DNA of 64,000 nucleotides from an uncultured Porphyromonas sp. (GCF_938039215.1 NZ_CALHVI010000005.1:14095-78094); one strand, 5' to 3'; shown: positions 9,191 to 18,966, numbered from the stretch's first letter. Numbers and translations: made by a program. Notes: generated from the sequence alone by a model not told the origin.

Positions 9191-10975
9191 CTACTCTATA
9201 GAGCTCAAAATCTTCCGAGCTCGGGGATGCTCGGGATATCTGTCTAGGATTGCTTTTGCCTCCTCTAGATATTTCCTCTGCCTATCCAGTAAATAAGCGC
9301 CCATTACAAGGATCTCGGCATAGTCGATTTCGTAGGGGATGGGATGACTATGAGCTAGTCTCTGGTAAATATCGTACGCCTCTTGGTAAGCTCCCTCTGC
9401 ATCCTTTTCTCTCTCGAGTTTAATATAGAGGAAGACAAGGTTATAGAGGGTCATCGCCACTGCTGGAGTGTACGCCTCGGGATTGCGAGAGGCCAAAGAG
9501 CGACGAATCTGCAAAGCCTCCTCAAAGTAAGTCTGAGACTGCTCAAAATTATGGGTATCGCTGAGTAAGGCACCCAAGTTATTAAGGGTTGCAGCCACTG
9601 CTGGAGTGTACGCCTCGGGATTACGAGAGGCCAAAGAGCGACGAATCTGCAAAGCCTCCTCATAGTAAGTCTGAGACTGTTCAAACTCATTCGTGTCTCT
9701 GAGTAAGGCACCCAAGTTATTAAGGGTCATCGCCACTGCTGGAGTGTACGCCTCGGGATTACGAGCTGATAAAGAGCGATAGAGCTGTAAGGCCTCCTCG
9801 TAGTAAGTCAGCGACTGCTCAAACTCATTCGTGTCGCTGAGTAAGATACCCAAGTTATTAAGGGTCATCGCCACATCTGGAATGTAGGCCTCAGGATTAC
9901 GAGAGGCCAAAGAGCGATAGAGCTGTAAGGCCTCCTCATAATAAGTCTGAGACTGCTCAAACTCATTCGTGTCTTTGAGTAAGGTACCCAAGTTATTAAG
10001 GGTTGTAGCCACTGCTGGAGTGTAGGCCTCGAGATCATGTTCAGCCAAAGAGCGAAGGACCTGTAGTGCCACCTCGTAGTGGCTTCTAGCTTCGTTGAAG
10101 TTATTGAGGCTTTGAAGCAAGTGAGCATACTCGAAGTGATGATCTACCGTAGGAGCCAGCTCAATCAGACGCTTGTAGAACTTGCAAGCCTCCCCGAAGG
10201 AGAACTGGAGTTGAGCTCCCTCAATCAGCTCCTTGAGGACTTTGATCTCGCCCTCTCGTGCTTGCTCCTGGTACTTCTCGTAGACAGCAGTTAGGCTTTG
10301 CTTGCTCTCGCCAGTTAGTACTCTTTTAATCTCCTCTAGGGTCTCAGCAAGATAGTTATATCCGGCCTCTCTTAGATGTCTAGCTTCTTCGTCAACCCTG
10401 TCGGTATACTCGAAGAGAAATCGGACAAACTCTAAGACGAGCCCCTTCACTCTCTCTGAAGGAATACGTTTCTTCTTGAGCATCTCCCCGAGTGTCGACT
10501 CTGTCTGCTCAAGTCCTTCCTTGAGTGGAAGTTCCTTGAGCAGAGCTTGAAGTTCTTCGGGAGACATGTCCTCTTCCTTCAGTGTACTCATGATGCTCTG
10601 TAATAAGTCTTGTGTCTTGTGATGCTCTTGAAGATCCCGCACCCCTTGTTCTTCCAGCTTGTCTGCTCTGAGCATCATCAGGTAGTTGTGGGCAGCTGGT
10701 TGCTCGCTCAGTCTTCTCTGGAAGAAGTCAATGAATGCTCTGGTATCCTCATCAAGATCTTCGTAGCTTGTTGCACTTTGGATATATTCCTCCAATGCAT
10801 TCCTTAGACGGAGCTTATCGTTCGTAGTGGGGTCGTGCTCGGACCAATCACTAAGTGCGAGATCAAAGGCCTCCGTAATGCCACTATCAACTTCTGAGGT
10901 GTAGAGCTTCTTGAGCCGAAGTCCAACTGGTAAAAGTACTTTGAGAGCATACTCTCCGAACGTAACGAGATCCAT
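9191..10975 (-). CDS. Tetratricopeptide-repeat protein with uncharacterised helical N-terminal domain
   Basis: 46-aa repeats EAYTPAVAxTLNNLGxLLxDTNEFEQSQTYYEEALQxxRSLASRNP; more AT-rich than flanking genes. Confidence 0.85.
   Translation of the reverse strand: MDLVTFGEYALKVLLPVGLRLKKLYTSEVDSGITEAFDLALSDWSEHDPTTNDKLRLRNALEEYIQSATSYEDLDEDTRAFIDFFQRRLSEQPAAHNYLMMLRADKLEEQGVRDLQEHHKTQDLLQSIMSTLKEEDMSPEELQALLKELPLKEGLEQTESTLGEMLKKKRIPSERVKGLVLEFVRFLFEYTDRVDEEARHLREAGYNYLAETLEEIKRVLTGESKQSLTAVYEKYQEQAREGEIKVLKELIEGAQLQFSFGEACKFYKRLIELAPTVDHHFEYAHLLQSLNNFNEARSHYEVALQVLRSLAEHDLEAYTPAVATTLNNLGTLLKDTNEFEQSQTYYEEALQLYRSLASRNPEAYIPDVAMTLNNLGILLSDTNEFEQSLTYYEEALQLYRSLSARNPEAYTPAVAMTLNNLGALLRDTNEFEQSQTYYEEALQIRRSLASRNPEAYTPAVAATLNNLGALLSDTHNFEQSQTYFEEALQIRRSLASRNPEAYTPAVAMTLYNLVFLYIKLEREKDAEGAYQEAYDIYQRLAHSHPIPYEIDYAEILVMGAYLLDRQRKYLEEAKAILDRYPEHPRARKILSSIE
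9440..10060 (-). repeat. 138-bp tandem repeat (about 4.5 copies) inside the TPR gene
   Basis: GCCAC anchor recurs at 9456, 9594, 9732, 9870 and 10008 with high DNA identity between units. Confidence 0.92.
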
Positions 10976-11006
10976 TGCGTAATGATGTTATAAGGATTAG
11001 ATGACT

Positions 11007-11014
11007 CAAAGGTA
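11007..11014 (-). promoter_or_regulatory. -7 promoter box for the TPR gene
   Basis: CAAAGGTA on + is TACCTTTG on -, about 30 nt upstream of the start. Confidence 0.65.
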
Positions 11015-11207
11015 ATGTGTTTCCTAAATAATAAGAAGTGTTACTAATAGATCTCTCCCAGACACATGCTCCCTCCACTCGATAGGCTATTCCTCAGCAA
11101 GGAGGTCCATGCCTCAAATCCTCTTGACATGAATCGCCGTCTATCCCCCTTTTAGACTGATAGTCCCTTCATCTAAGTCTGGAGAAGCAATAGTCTTCAG
11201 CCTGATA

Positions 11208-11322
11208 AATAATACCCTCAAGGAGCCGCTAGTAGTACCCCACAAGGAGCAACAGTAGTACCCCTGAAGAGGCGCTAGTAGCACCTCTCGGGAAGTACCA
11301 GTAGCGCCTCTCGAGGAGAGAA
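11208..11322 (+). repeat. 23-bp-period array of imperfect palindromes, family A (about 5 units)
   Basis: AGTAG cores at 11231, 11254, 11277, 11300; best unit GAGGCGCTA-G-TAGCACCTC. Confidence 0.75.
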
Positions 11323-11390
11323 CAAGCTTCCCCCACAGAGCTCATGGGAGCGTTACACGGGCGCTAGCGAAGCAAGTAGTGGATAATATG

Positions 11391-11398
11391 TACCTTTG
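11391..11398 (+). promoter_or_regulatory. -7 promoter box for the glyS operon
   Basis: TACCTTTG upstream of glyS. Confidence 0.65.
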
Positions 11399-11477
11399 TG
11401 GGCTGTGCGTCCTCCGTGGTCGCTACAGAAATCCATTAGTACAATCCAATAGCTAAATAGAATACAACGATCTGCTC

Positions 11478-13019
11478 ATGGCACAGCAAGAAGACCTCTT
11501 CAAGAAGGTAATCGCCCACTGTAAGGAATATGGTTTCGTCTTCCCCTCCTCCGAGATCTACGACGGTCTGGGAGCCGTATATGACTACGGTCAGCTCGGG
11601 AGCGAACTCAAGAACAATATCAAGCGCTACTGGTGGGAGGCCATGACCCTCCTTGCTCCCAATGTCGTAGGGATCGACTCAGCTATCTTCATGCACCCCA
11701 AGATCTGGAAAGCCTCGGGCCATGTAGATGCTTTCAACGACCCCCTCATTGACAACAAGGACTCTAAGAAGCGCTACCGTGCCGATGTACTCATCGAGGA
11801 TCACCTAGCGAAGATCGAAGAGAAGATCAATAAGGAAGTAGCCAAGGCAGCGAAGAAGTTCGGTGAGAGCTTCGACGAGGCTCAGTTCCGCTCGACCAAT
11901 GGCCGTGTCCTCGAGTATCAGGCTAAGTGGGATGAAGTGCACACGCGCTTCGCCGAGGCGATGAACGCTTCGGACCTCGAGGGTCTGCGCCAGATCATCC
12001 TCGACTGCGAGATCGTCTGCCCTGTCAGCGGTACACGCAACTGGACAGAGGTGCGCCAGTTCAACCTGATGTTCGCCACCGAGATGGGCTCCACGGCCGA
12101 AGGCTCGATGAAGGTCTACCTGCGCCCCGAGACCGCTCAAGGGATCTTCGTTAACTTCCTCAACGTACAGAAGACGGGTCGCATGAAGGTGCCCTTCGGG
12201 ATCGCTCAGATCGGGAAGGCCTTCCGCAACGAGATCGTCGCCCGTCAGTTCATCTTCCGCATGCGCGAGTTCGAGCAGATGGAGATGCAGTTCTTCGTCC
12301 GTCCTGGCGAGGAGCTCCAGTGGTTCGAGTTCTGGAAGGATCTTCGTCTGCGCTGGCACAAGGCCCTCGGTCTCGGCGACAAGAAGTATCGCTACCACGA
12401 CCACGAGAAGCTGGCTCACTATGCCAATGCTGCTACCGACATCGAATTTGAGATGCCCTTTGGCTTCAAGGAGGTAGAAGGTATCCACAGCCGTACGGAC
12501 TTCGACCTGAAGCGTCACGAGGAGTTCAGTGGCAAGAAGATGCAGTACTTCGATCCCGAACTCGGTGAGAGCTACGTGCCCTACGTCGTAGAGACTTCCA
12601 TCGGGGTAGACCGTATGTTCCTCAGCCTCCTCTGTGGCTCCTTCGAAGAGGAAGCTCTGGAGGGTGGAGAGAAGCGCACGGTACTTCGCCTGCCTGCAGC
12701 CCTTGCCCCCGTCAAGCTCGCTATCCTGCCTCTCGTGCGCAAGGACGGTCTTGACGACAAGGCTCGTGCTATCTACGACGAACTGAAGTTCGACTTCAAC
12801 TGCCAGCTCGACGAAAAGGATTCTATCGGTAAGCGCTACCGCCGTCAGGATGCCATCGGTACGCCCTTCTGCGTGACGATCGACCATCAGACGATGGAGG
12901 ACGGCACCGTCACCCTGCGCCATCGTGACAGCATGCAGCAGGAGCGAGTAGCTATCGAAGCCCTCTCCCAGCGCCTCCACGAAGCGACCTCCCTCAAGAG
13001 TCTCCTTCGCAAGATCTAA
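11478..13019 (+). CDS. glyS: Glycine--tRNA ligase (homodimeric alpha2 type)
   Basis: EIYDGL, LRPETAQGIF, FRNEI, RMREFEQME, IGKRYRRQDAIGTP motifs. Confidence 0.96.
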   Translation: MAQQEDLFKKVIAHCKEYGFVFPSSEIYDGLGAVYDYGQLGSELKNNIKRYWWEAMTLLAPNVVGIDSAIFMHPKIWKASGHVDAFNDPLIDNKDSKKRYRADVLIEDHLAKIEEKINKEVAKAAKKFGESFDEAQFRSTNGRVLEYQAKWDEVHTRFAEAMNASDLEGLRQIILDCEIVCPVSGTRNWTEVRQFNLMFATEMGSTAEGSMKVYLRPETAQGIFVNFLNVQKTGRMKVPFGIAQIGKAFRNEIVARQFIFRMREFEQMEMQFFVRPGEELQWFEFWKDLRLRWHKALGLGDKKYRYHDHEKLAHYANAATDIEFEMPFGFKEVEGIHSRTDFDLKRHEEFSGKKMQYFDPELGESYVPYVVETSIGVDRMFLSLLCGSFEEEALEGGEKRTVLRLPAALAPVKLAILPLVRKDGLDDKARAIYDELKFDFNCQLDEKDSIGKRYRRQDAIGTPFCVTIDHQTMEDGTVTLRHRDSMQQERVAIEALSQRLHEATSLKSLLRKI

Positions 13020-13044
13020 CCCCCTCACCCTATCACCTGCCTCT

Positions 13045-13587
13045 ATGACTAGCAAGACTTTACAGAGCCTCCTCCTAGGGAGCCTCGCCCTCATGTCCCT
13101 CGTTGGCTTCTCGAGCTGCAATAGCACCATCGATATGGAACAAGAGCGACGCAGTGAGAATGAGCGGGCCTTCCGTAGCTTCGCTGACAGTGCCTATACA
13201 CGTGTCACTGTACCCGGCATCGGAGGCAGCGCCTTCGTCTACATGAAGGTAGAGAAGGAGGGCGACAAGAGCATCGATGTAGACTACACGGATGCAGTCC
13301 AGCTCTTCCGTGATACCTACCGTACCACCGACTGGATCAAGGACAAGCTCCAGGCTACCCGTCTGCGTCAGACCCTCGACCTCAATGCTATCGATCAGGA
13401 ACCCGTGGCGAACCTACCCGTAGGTCTACAGATCGCCGTGCAGAACCTCCACCAGGGTGCTGAGGCCACCATCGTCATCCCTTGGTACCTCAACAATACG
13501 ACCAGTACCTCTGAGCGTACCGACAGCTATACTTCTCTCTACTATCGTGTCCGTCTGAAGAAGGTCATCAAGCCCTCTACTAAGTAG
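13045..13587 (+). CDS. Lipoprotein, degenerate FKBP-type peptidyl-prolyl isomerase
   Basis: Lipobox FSSC; LPVGLQIAVQNLHQGAEATIVIPWYL and SLYYRVRL resemble the FKBP C-domain. Confidence 0.65.
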   Translation: MTSKTLQSLLLGSLALMSLVGFSSCNSTIDMEQERRSENERAFRSFADSAYTRVTVPGIGGSAFVYMKVEKEGDKSIDVDYTDAVQLFRDTYRTTDWIKDKLQATRLRQTLDLNAIDQEPVANLPVGLQIAVQNLHQGAEATIVIPWYLNNTTSTSERTDSYTSLYYRVRLKKVIKPSTK

Positions 13588-13604
13588 GACCTAATCAACA
13601 CTGA

Positions 13605-14363
13605 ATGCATATACTTCTGAGTAATGACGATGGCTTCCGAGCCGCAGGGATCCAAGAGCTCGCTACGGCTATGCTCTCCCTAGGTAGAGTCACTATCGTC
13701 GCTCCAGATGGACCACGGTCGGGTTTCTCTGGCGCTATCACCACGACCCAACCTCTACGGCTCAAGCACCGCCACAGCGACGGGGATCTCGAGATCTACA
13801 GCTGCGAAGGTACTCCCGTAGACTGCGTGAAGCTCGCTCTGAATACCCTCTTCATCGACCAGCGTCCTGACCTCATCATCTCGGGCATCAACCACGGGAG
13901 CAACGAGGGCATCTGCGTCAGCTATTCGGGCACGCTAGGCGCTGCTCGTGAGGGCTGTATCTACGGTATCCCTTCGCTGGCAGTATCGCTCGATGACACG
14001 GCTTGGAAGCCTGACTTCACCGCAAGCATCGCTTATACGCTTCGTGTGGTAGAGCTGATGCAGCACACCCGCCTGCCTTGGCAGACGATGCTCTCACTCA
14101 ACGTACCCAAGACCGAGCCCCTAGGACTCAAGGTCTGCCCGATGACCGTAGGCCGCTTCGTTGAAGAGTTCGTACACTCTGAGGATGGCAAGGGGAAGAA
14201 GATCCACTGGCTCACGGGTCGCCAAGATCCAGGTCAAGATCCCAGTACGGGCGATTGGCACTACCTCCAGGAAGGCTGGGCTACGCTCACGCCCCTGCAG
14301 CTCGACTGTACGAACCATCGCTGGATCGAGGAGCTGACCACGCTGGCACAGACACAGCACTAG
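13605..14363 (+). CDS. surE: 5'/3'-nucleotidase SurE
   Basis: LSNDDG, GTPVDCV, SGINHG, YSGT motifs. Confidence 0.96.
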   Translation: MHILLSNDDGFRAAGIQELATAMLSLGRVTIVAPDGPRSGFSGAITTTQPLRLKHRHSDGDLEIYSCEGTPVDCVKLALNTLFIDQRPDLIISGINHGSNEGICVSYSGTLGAAREGCIYGIPSLAVSLDDTAWKPDFTASIAYTLRVVELMQHTRLPWQTMLSLNVPKTEPLGLKVCPMTVGRFVEEFVHSEDGKGKKIHWLTGRQDPGQDPSTGDWHYLQEGWATLTPLQLDCTNHRWIEELTTLAQTQH

Positions 14364-14366
14364 ACT

Positions 14367-15491
14367 ATGCGCTACTTCTTAGTCGCAGGCGAAGCCTCTG
14401 GTGATCTGCACGCTTCAGCGCTCATACGAGCACTGGGGGAGCGTGATCCAGAGGCTTCGTTTGCCTTCATGGGTGGGGACAAGATGCAGGAGGCCTCCGG
14501 TGTCGCTCCCCTCGTTCACTACCGAGAGGTAGCCTTCATGGGGATCGTCAGCGTGCTGAAGAACCTCCGCAAGCTCACCCGTATAGGTCATAGGGTGCAG
14601 GAAGCGATCCGCTCCTTCCAGCCCGATGTGGTCATCCCCGTAGACTACGCTGACTTCAACTTCCGCTTCATCCTGCCCTTTGTGAAGCGTCAGCTAGGCA
14701 TCCCCATCGTCTACTACATTCTCCCCAAGGTGTGGGCATGGCGCTCGAGTCGGGTGAAGACCCTTCGGCGCTACGTAGATCTTAGCCTCAGTATCCTTCC
14801 CTTCGAAGTAAGCTACTTCGAGGAGCGTGGCCTAAGGACGATCTATATAGGTAACCCTTGTGTCGATGCCCAGCTAAGCTATCTAGAGGCTCATCCCGAG
14901 CCCGTCGGGCGGGAACAGATGATCCTGCTCGTACCAGGGAGTCGCCGCTCCGAACTCCAGCACAACCTCAGTGAGATGCTTCTAGCGACAGCACCCTATG
15001 CCTCCTCAGGCTGGCAGGTCGTCATCGCTGGAGCACCAGGACTTACGGAGGAGGATTATCGTCCCTACCTCGGTGCTTATCCCGATACGCCCATTCTCTT
15101 CGGGGACACATACGGGCTCATGAGGCGAGCTCATGCCGCCCTCGTCACCTCGGGTACAGCGACTCTCGAGGCAGGACTCTGGGGTCTTCCCATGGTCGTC
15201 TGCTATCGGATGGGAGGTAAGCGAATAGCTCGATGGATCTTCGAACGCTACTTCCAAGTAGATTACTTCTCGCTGGTCAATCTCATCCTCGGTAAAGCTG
15301 TCGTCCCCGAGCTTCTAGCCGACCGAGTGCATTCGGCTCAGATCCTCTCTACCCTCACCTGTATCCTCCCCGAAGAGGCACCTGCACGTGAGGCGATGCT
15401 TCATGATCTCAAGGAGCTCCAGAGCCTCATGGGTCGAAAGAAGAGTGCACCCCGAGCAGCTGAAGCCATCCTCAATTTCCTCCACCAATAG
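14367..15491 (+). CDS. lpxB: Lipid-A-disaccharide synthase
   Basis: AGEASGD, PKVWAWR, ILPFE, PGSR, SGTATLE motifs. Confidence 0.95.
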   Translation: MRYFLVAGEASGDLHASALIRALGERDPEASFAFMGGDKMQEASGVAPLVHYREVAFMGIVSVLKNLRKLTRIGHRVQEAIRSFQPDVVIPVDYADFNFRFILPFVKRQLGIPIVYYILPKVWAWRSSRVKTLRRYVDLSLSILPFEVSYFEERGLRTIYIGNPCVDAQLSYLEAHPEPVGREQMILLVPGSRRSELQHNLSEMLLATAPYASSGWQVVIAGAPGLTEEDYRPYLGAYPDTPILFGDTYGLMRRAHAALVTSGTATLEAGLWGLPMVVCYRMGGKRIARWIFERYFQVDYFSLVNLILGKAVVPELLADRVHSAQILSTLTCILPEEAPAREAMLHDLKELQSLMGRKKSAPRAAEAILNFLHQ

Positions 15492-15673
15492 GATACTGGA
15501 CTTCTTCCCTAAAAGTACTACCTAAGTCTCGGCTCAGAAGCTCCATAGTTCTAGCTTTGGAGCTCCACTTAGAACTAGATCTAAAGATCAGTACCTCTAG
15601 CCATAGAACTCTAGGTAGAACTGAATGAAGAAAACAACGCTTCTAGCTTTAGAGCCCTATCGCTCCCTAATTA

Positions 15674-15715
15674 TCAGCCCACATCGTGCTTGTCATGATG
15701 TGGGCTGAGTCTTTT
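15674..15715 (+). terminator. Stem-loop after the glyS-lpxB operon
   Basis: TCAGCCCACATC / GATGTGGGCTGA arms followed by GTCTTTT. Confidence 0.6.
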
Positions 15716-15765
15716 GATGAGACCAAAAGTAGGGGTGTATAGGTCGCTCTAGAGGGTGTATAGCC

Positions 15766-16153
15766 GTGGGATAACCTTGGGATAAATTCACTCCCCCTCA
15801 AGAGGTCGGAAGACCCCTCCCTAGGCGTACCCTCGAGGGTGTAGATAAGTCACCCGTTTATCCCAACGACATACACAGCAGCTTATCTACTCCAAGCTCT
15901 TCTTCCTCCCCCCGAGCTGTGGACTATCTCCGCTTATTCCCCTCCAGCACCGATACAGAGGGCGAAGTCTCCTGTGTATCGTCTGTGGGTAGGCTACGGA
16001 TAGCTTTAGGATAAGTACGTGTATTCCCTTACCCCTCCCCAGAATCCCCCACCATGCTTACCCACGATTCCACAGCCTATATTAACAATAGGGTATATAG
16101 AGATTATATATTCTTTCTCTCTTTTATACCCTTATATTAAGCTCGGGGGATAA
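15766..16153. other. Candidate chromosomal replication origin (oriC)
   Basis: Cluster of DnaA-box-like 9-mers in both orientations; TTACCCACG-ATTCCACA-GCC followed by TAT-TAA-CAA-TAG and an AT-rich tract; no credible ORF in the ~790-bp gap. Confidence 0.65.
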
Positions 16154-16224
16154 GTGCTGGGCCAAGGGGAAGAGCCTCTCCGAAGCTCTAGGTACTTCCC
16201 TCACGGCTGATCCGCGAAAACTAC

Positions 16225-16232
16225 TATCTTTG
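16225..16232 (+). promoter_or_regulatory. -7 promoter box for the ROK kinase
   Basis: TATCTTTG. Confidence 0.65.
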
Positions 16233-16279
16233 TTCCTAAGAAGAAACTATTTATCTCACAGTAGACACATCATCAACTC

Positions 16280-17236
16280 ATGGAAAAACCCTATGTAATA
16301 GGTGTAGACCTCGGAGGCACCAACACGGTCTTCGGTGTCGTAGACGCTCGTGGTAACGTCGTCGTCAATGCTTCGATCAAGACGGGGACGCACATCGATA
16401 TCGAACTTTACCTTAATGATCTCGTCGCCGGTATCAACATGCTCATCGAGCAGGTAGGTGGCAAGGACAAGATCCGTGGTATCGGTGTCGGAGCTCCTAA
16501 TGGGAACTACTTCAACGGCTGCATCGAGTTCGCACCTAACCTCCCTTGGAAGGGAAAGATCCCCTTGGCTCAGATGCTTCAGGATCGTCTGGGTATCCCC
16601 GTCGCTCTGACCAATGATGCTAACGCTGCTGCTATCGGGGAGATGACCTATGGCGCTGCACGTGGGATGAAGGACTTCATCGTCATCACCCTCGGTACAG
16701 GTGTCGGTAGCGGTATCGTAGTGGGTGGACAGCTCGTCTACGGGCACGACGGCTTCGCTGGAGAGCTCGGTCACATGATCGTACGACGCAACGGTCGTAT
16801 GTGTGGCTGCGGTCGTCAGGGCTGTCTCGAGACCTATACCTCCGCTACGGGTGTAGCACGTACGGCACGTGAGTACCTCACCATCCGCTCCGACGAGAGC
16901 AAGCTCCGTGAGCTGGATATAGACAAGATCACCTCTAAGGATGTCTTCGATGCAGCCAGTGCAGGCGATGCGCTTGCTCTGGAGATCTTCGAATCAACGG
17001 GGGCTATCCTTGGTGAGGCTTGCGCTGACTTCGTCACCTTCTCTTCTCCCGAAGCGATCATCTTCTTCGGTGGGCTTACCAAGGCTGGGGACCTCCTGAT
17101 GAACCCCATCCGTCACCACATGGAGAAGAACCTCCTGAAGATCTACCAAGGCAAGACCAAGCTCCTCGTCTCTCAGCTCAAGGAGAGCGATGCTGCAGTC
17201 CTAGGGGCTAGTGCCCTTGGCTGGGAAGCAAAGTAG
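16280..17236 (+). CDS. ROK-family sugar kinase (probable glucokinase)
   Basis: GVDLGGT, NDANAAAIGE, TLGTGVGSG, GELGH, CGCGRQGCLE. Confidence 0.9.
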   Translation: MEKPYVIGVDLGGTNTVFGVVDARGNVVVNASIKTGTHIDIELYLNDLVAGINMLIEQVGGKDKIRGIGVGAPNGNYFNGCIEFAPNLPWKGKIPLAQMLQDRLGIPVALTNDANAAAIGEMTYGAARGMKDFIVITLGTGVGSGIVVGGQLVYGHDGFAGELGHMIVRRNGRMCGCGRQGCLETYTSATGVARTAREYLTIRSDESKLRELDIDKITSKDVFDAASAGDALALEIFESTGAILGEACADFVTFSSPEAIIFFGGLTKAGDLLMNPIRHHMEKNLLKIYQGKTKLLVSQLKESDAAVLGASALGWEAK

Positions 17237-17281
17237 ATCTAAGCCTCCGATCTATCCCGAATAGAAATACGAATGAAGTAG

Positions 17282-17313
17282 AAGAGCTAGTCCCGACTAG
17301 CTCTTTTACTTTT
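17282..17313 (+). terminator. Intrinsic terminator
   Basis: AAGAGCTAGTC / GACTAGCTCTT followed by T runs. Confidence 0.75.
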
Positions 17314-17331
17314 ACCCACTCCCCTCCCCTT

Positions 17332-17400
17332 CACCGCTCGCCTAGACTGAGCCCCGTACCCTCGCTAAGTAGGGCACTCACCGCTCGCTAAGTAGGAAGA
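17332..17400 (+). repeat. Short degenerate ~23-bp-period repeat, family D
   Basis: CTCGC at 17337, 17361, 17384; CTCGCTAAGTAGG occurs twice 23 bp apart. Confidence 0.55.
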
Positions 17401-17508
17401 TCTGTACCCACCCAAGCGAAAGACCGACACTCGTCCAGCTGGATGAGCTGTCTTCGCTTCCTCCGAATAGCTATCCGCTCTCTAGGCTCAGCCTTCATCC
17501 TTACCTCT

Positions 17509-18051
17509 ATGATCCAGCATCCGCTCTCGAGCTTCACTTTCTGCCCTCGCTGTGGGGCATCAGGGCTAGAGCATATCCATGGGCGTGCTATCCACTGCCC
17601 GAAGTGTGACCTCTCCTATTACCACAATGTAGCAGCAGCCGTCGCCTGCTTCATCCTCGACGAGGAAGGGCGACTACTCACCGTACGTCGCTCTAGAGAG
17701 CCCGCACGAGGCACGCTAGACCTCCCTGGAGGCTTCGTAGACCCCGAGGAAGGGGTAGAGTCCGCCGTGGTAAGAGAACTGCGTGAGGAGACGGCTCTAG
17801 AGGCTAAGTCGGTGCGTATGCTCTTCTCCCTACCTAATATCTACCCCTACTCGGGCATCGATGTCTATACGGCAGATATCTTCTACCGTGTAGAGGTGGT
17901 GAGCTTCGAGGGAGCTCAGGCCCTAGATGATGTAGGCGAGCTGGTCTTCCTCCGCCCTGAGGAGCTCCGAGCTGAGGACTTCGGTCTTCGCTCCATCCGT
18001 ACCGCTATCGAGCGGGTGATCGCTGATCCTTCACTGCTAGAGGTTAAGTAA
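17509..18051 (+). CDS. NUDIX hydrolase with N-terminal zinc ribbon (NudC-like)
   Basis: FCPRCG...CPKCD; Nudix box GGFVDPEEGVESAVVRELREETAL; start placed at MIQHP. Confidence 0.88.
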   Translation: MIQHPLSSFTFCPRCGASGLEHIHGRAIHCPKCDLSYYHNVAAAVACFILDEEGRLLTVRRSREPARGTLDLPGGFVDPEEGVESAVVRELREETALEAKSVRMLFSLPNIYPYSGIDVYTADIFYRVEVVSFEGAQALDDVGELVFLRPEELRAEDFGLRSIRTAIERVIADPSLLEVK

Positions 18052-18966
18052 ATGCTTCGGGTCGATTGGCACAGGCTCAAGGGCTATGCCCCACTCTGCT
18101 TCATCACGCTGGGGATCGTGCTCTGGCGGGTGACAGCACCCTTTGCGGTGATCCTCCCTTGGATCATCTCGGCGATGCTCTTCTTCGCTGTGCTCAATAT
18201 GCCCCTGAGAGCCGTGGCACCCCGACCGAAGCACCTTGTCCTGCTGGCGCTACACCTAGGGCTCGGGGGCGGGCTGTATCTCCTGCTCTCCCTCTGGAAT
18301 CCCCTCATAGCTACGAGCCTCTTCATGTGCTTCCTCGCTCCAGCAGCTACGGCAGCGGGGGCGATGACTAGCCTCATGGAGGGGGATACGGGCTTCGCTA
18401 CGGGCTATACGATACTGACGCACGGGCTGATCTGCTTCCTCGCTCCCTTCCTACTTCCTCTGCTGGATGATCACAGCCAGCTCCCCTTCTGGACGCTCTC
18501 GGGGCAGATAGCCCTTCTGGTAGCACGTATGGTCATCCTACCCATCACGCTCGCTTGGCTCGTGCGCTATCTGATGAAGCGTCGGGGGCGAACGCCAGGG
18601 CCACATCGTACCCTGACCTACTGGCTCTGGCTCTCTTCGCTCATCTTCATTCTCGGGAAGGCCGTAGCCTTCGTTTCCGAAGAAGGGGGAGGTAATCCCC
18701 TACTCCTCGTAGCCTCGTTTGGGGTGGGCTTCCTTGCTTGCGCCTTACAGTTCACCCTAGGCCCTCCCCTATCGAAGTGGATAGGGGTCGAGGAGGTCGC
18801 CTGCAGACAGGCTATGGGGCAGAAGAACACGGCCCTTACCCTCTGGCTCTGCATCTCCTTCATGCACCCCCTTGTAGCTCCTGGGATCGCTGGCTACATA
18901 GCGTGGCAGAACTTCTTCCTTACCTACTATATGAATCGCTACCTACGGCAGTCGACTCGCTCCTAA
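18052..18966 (+). CDS. Bile acid:sodium symporter (BASS/SBF) family transporter
   Basis: Multiple TM helices, APAATAA and GQKNT motifs. Confidence 0.75.
   Translation: MLRVDWHRLKGYAPLCFITLGIVLWRVTAPFAVILPWIISAMLFFAVLNMPLRAVAPRPKHLVLLALHLGLGGGLYLLLSLWNPLIATSLFMCFLAPAATAAGAMTSLMEGDTGFATGYTILTHGLICFLAPFLLPLLDDHSQLPFWTLSGQIALLVARMVILPITLAWLVRYLMKRRGRTPGPHRTLTYWLWLSSLIFILGKAVAFVSEEGGGNPLLLVASFGVGFLACALQFTLGPPLSKWIGVEEVACRQAMGQKNTALTLWLCISFMHPLVAPGIAGYIAWQNFFLTYYMNRYLRQSTRS

Noticed and set aside
9440..10060. Diversity-generating retroelement (TR/VR) reading of the TPR repeats
   Set aside because: Repeats are tandem and in-frame, differences are not confined to adenines, and there is no reverse transcriptase in the window.
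11805..13130. 441-aa antisense ORF over glyS
   Set aside because: Shadow frame of a strongly codon-biased gene; no recognisable motifs.
15520..15625. CTAG/TAGAAC-rich stretch after lpxB as another periodic array
   Set aside because: CTAG spacings (24, 22, 14) are irregular and units too divergent to call.
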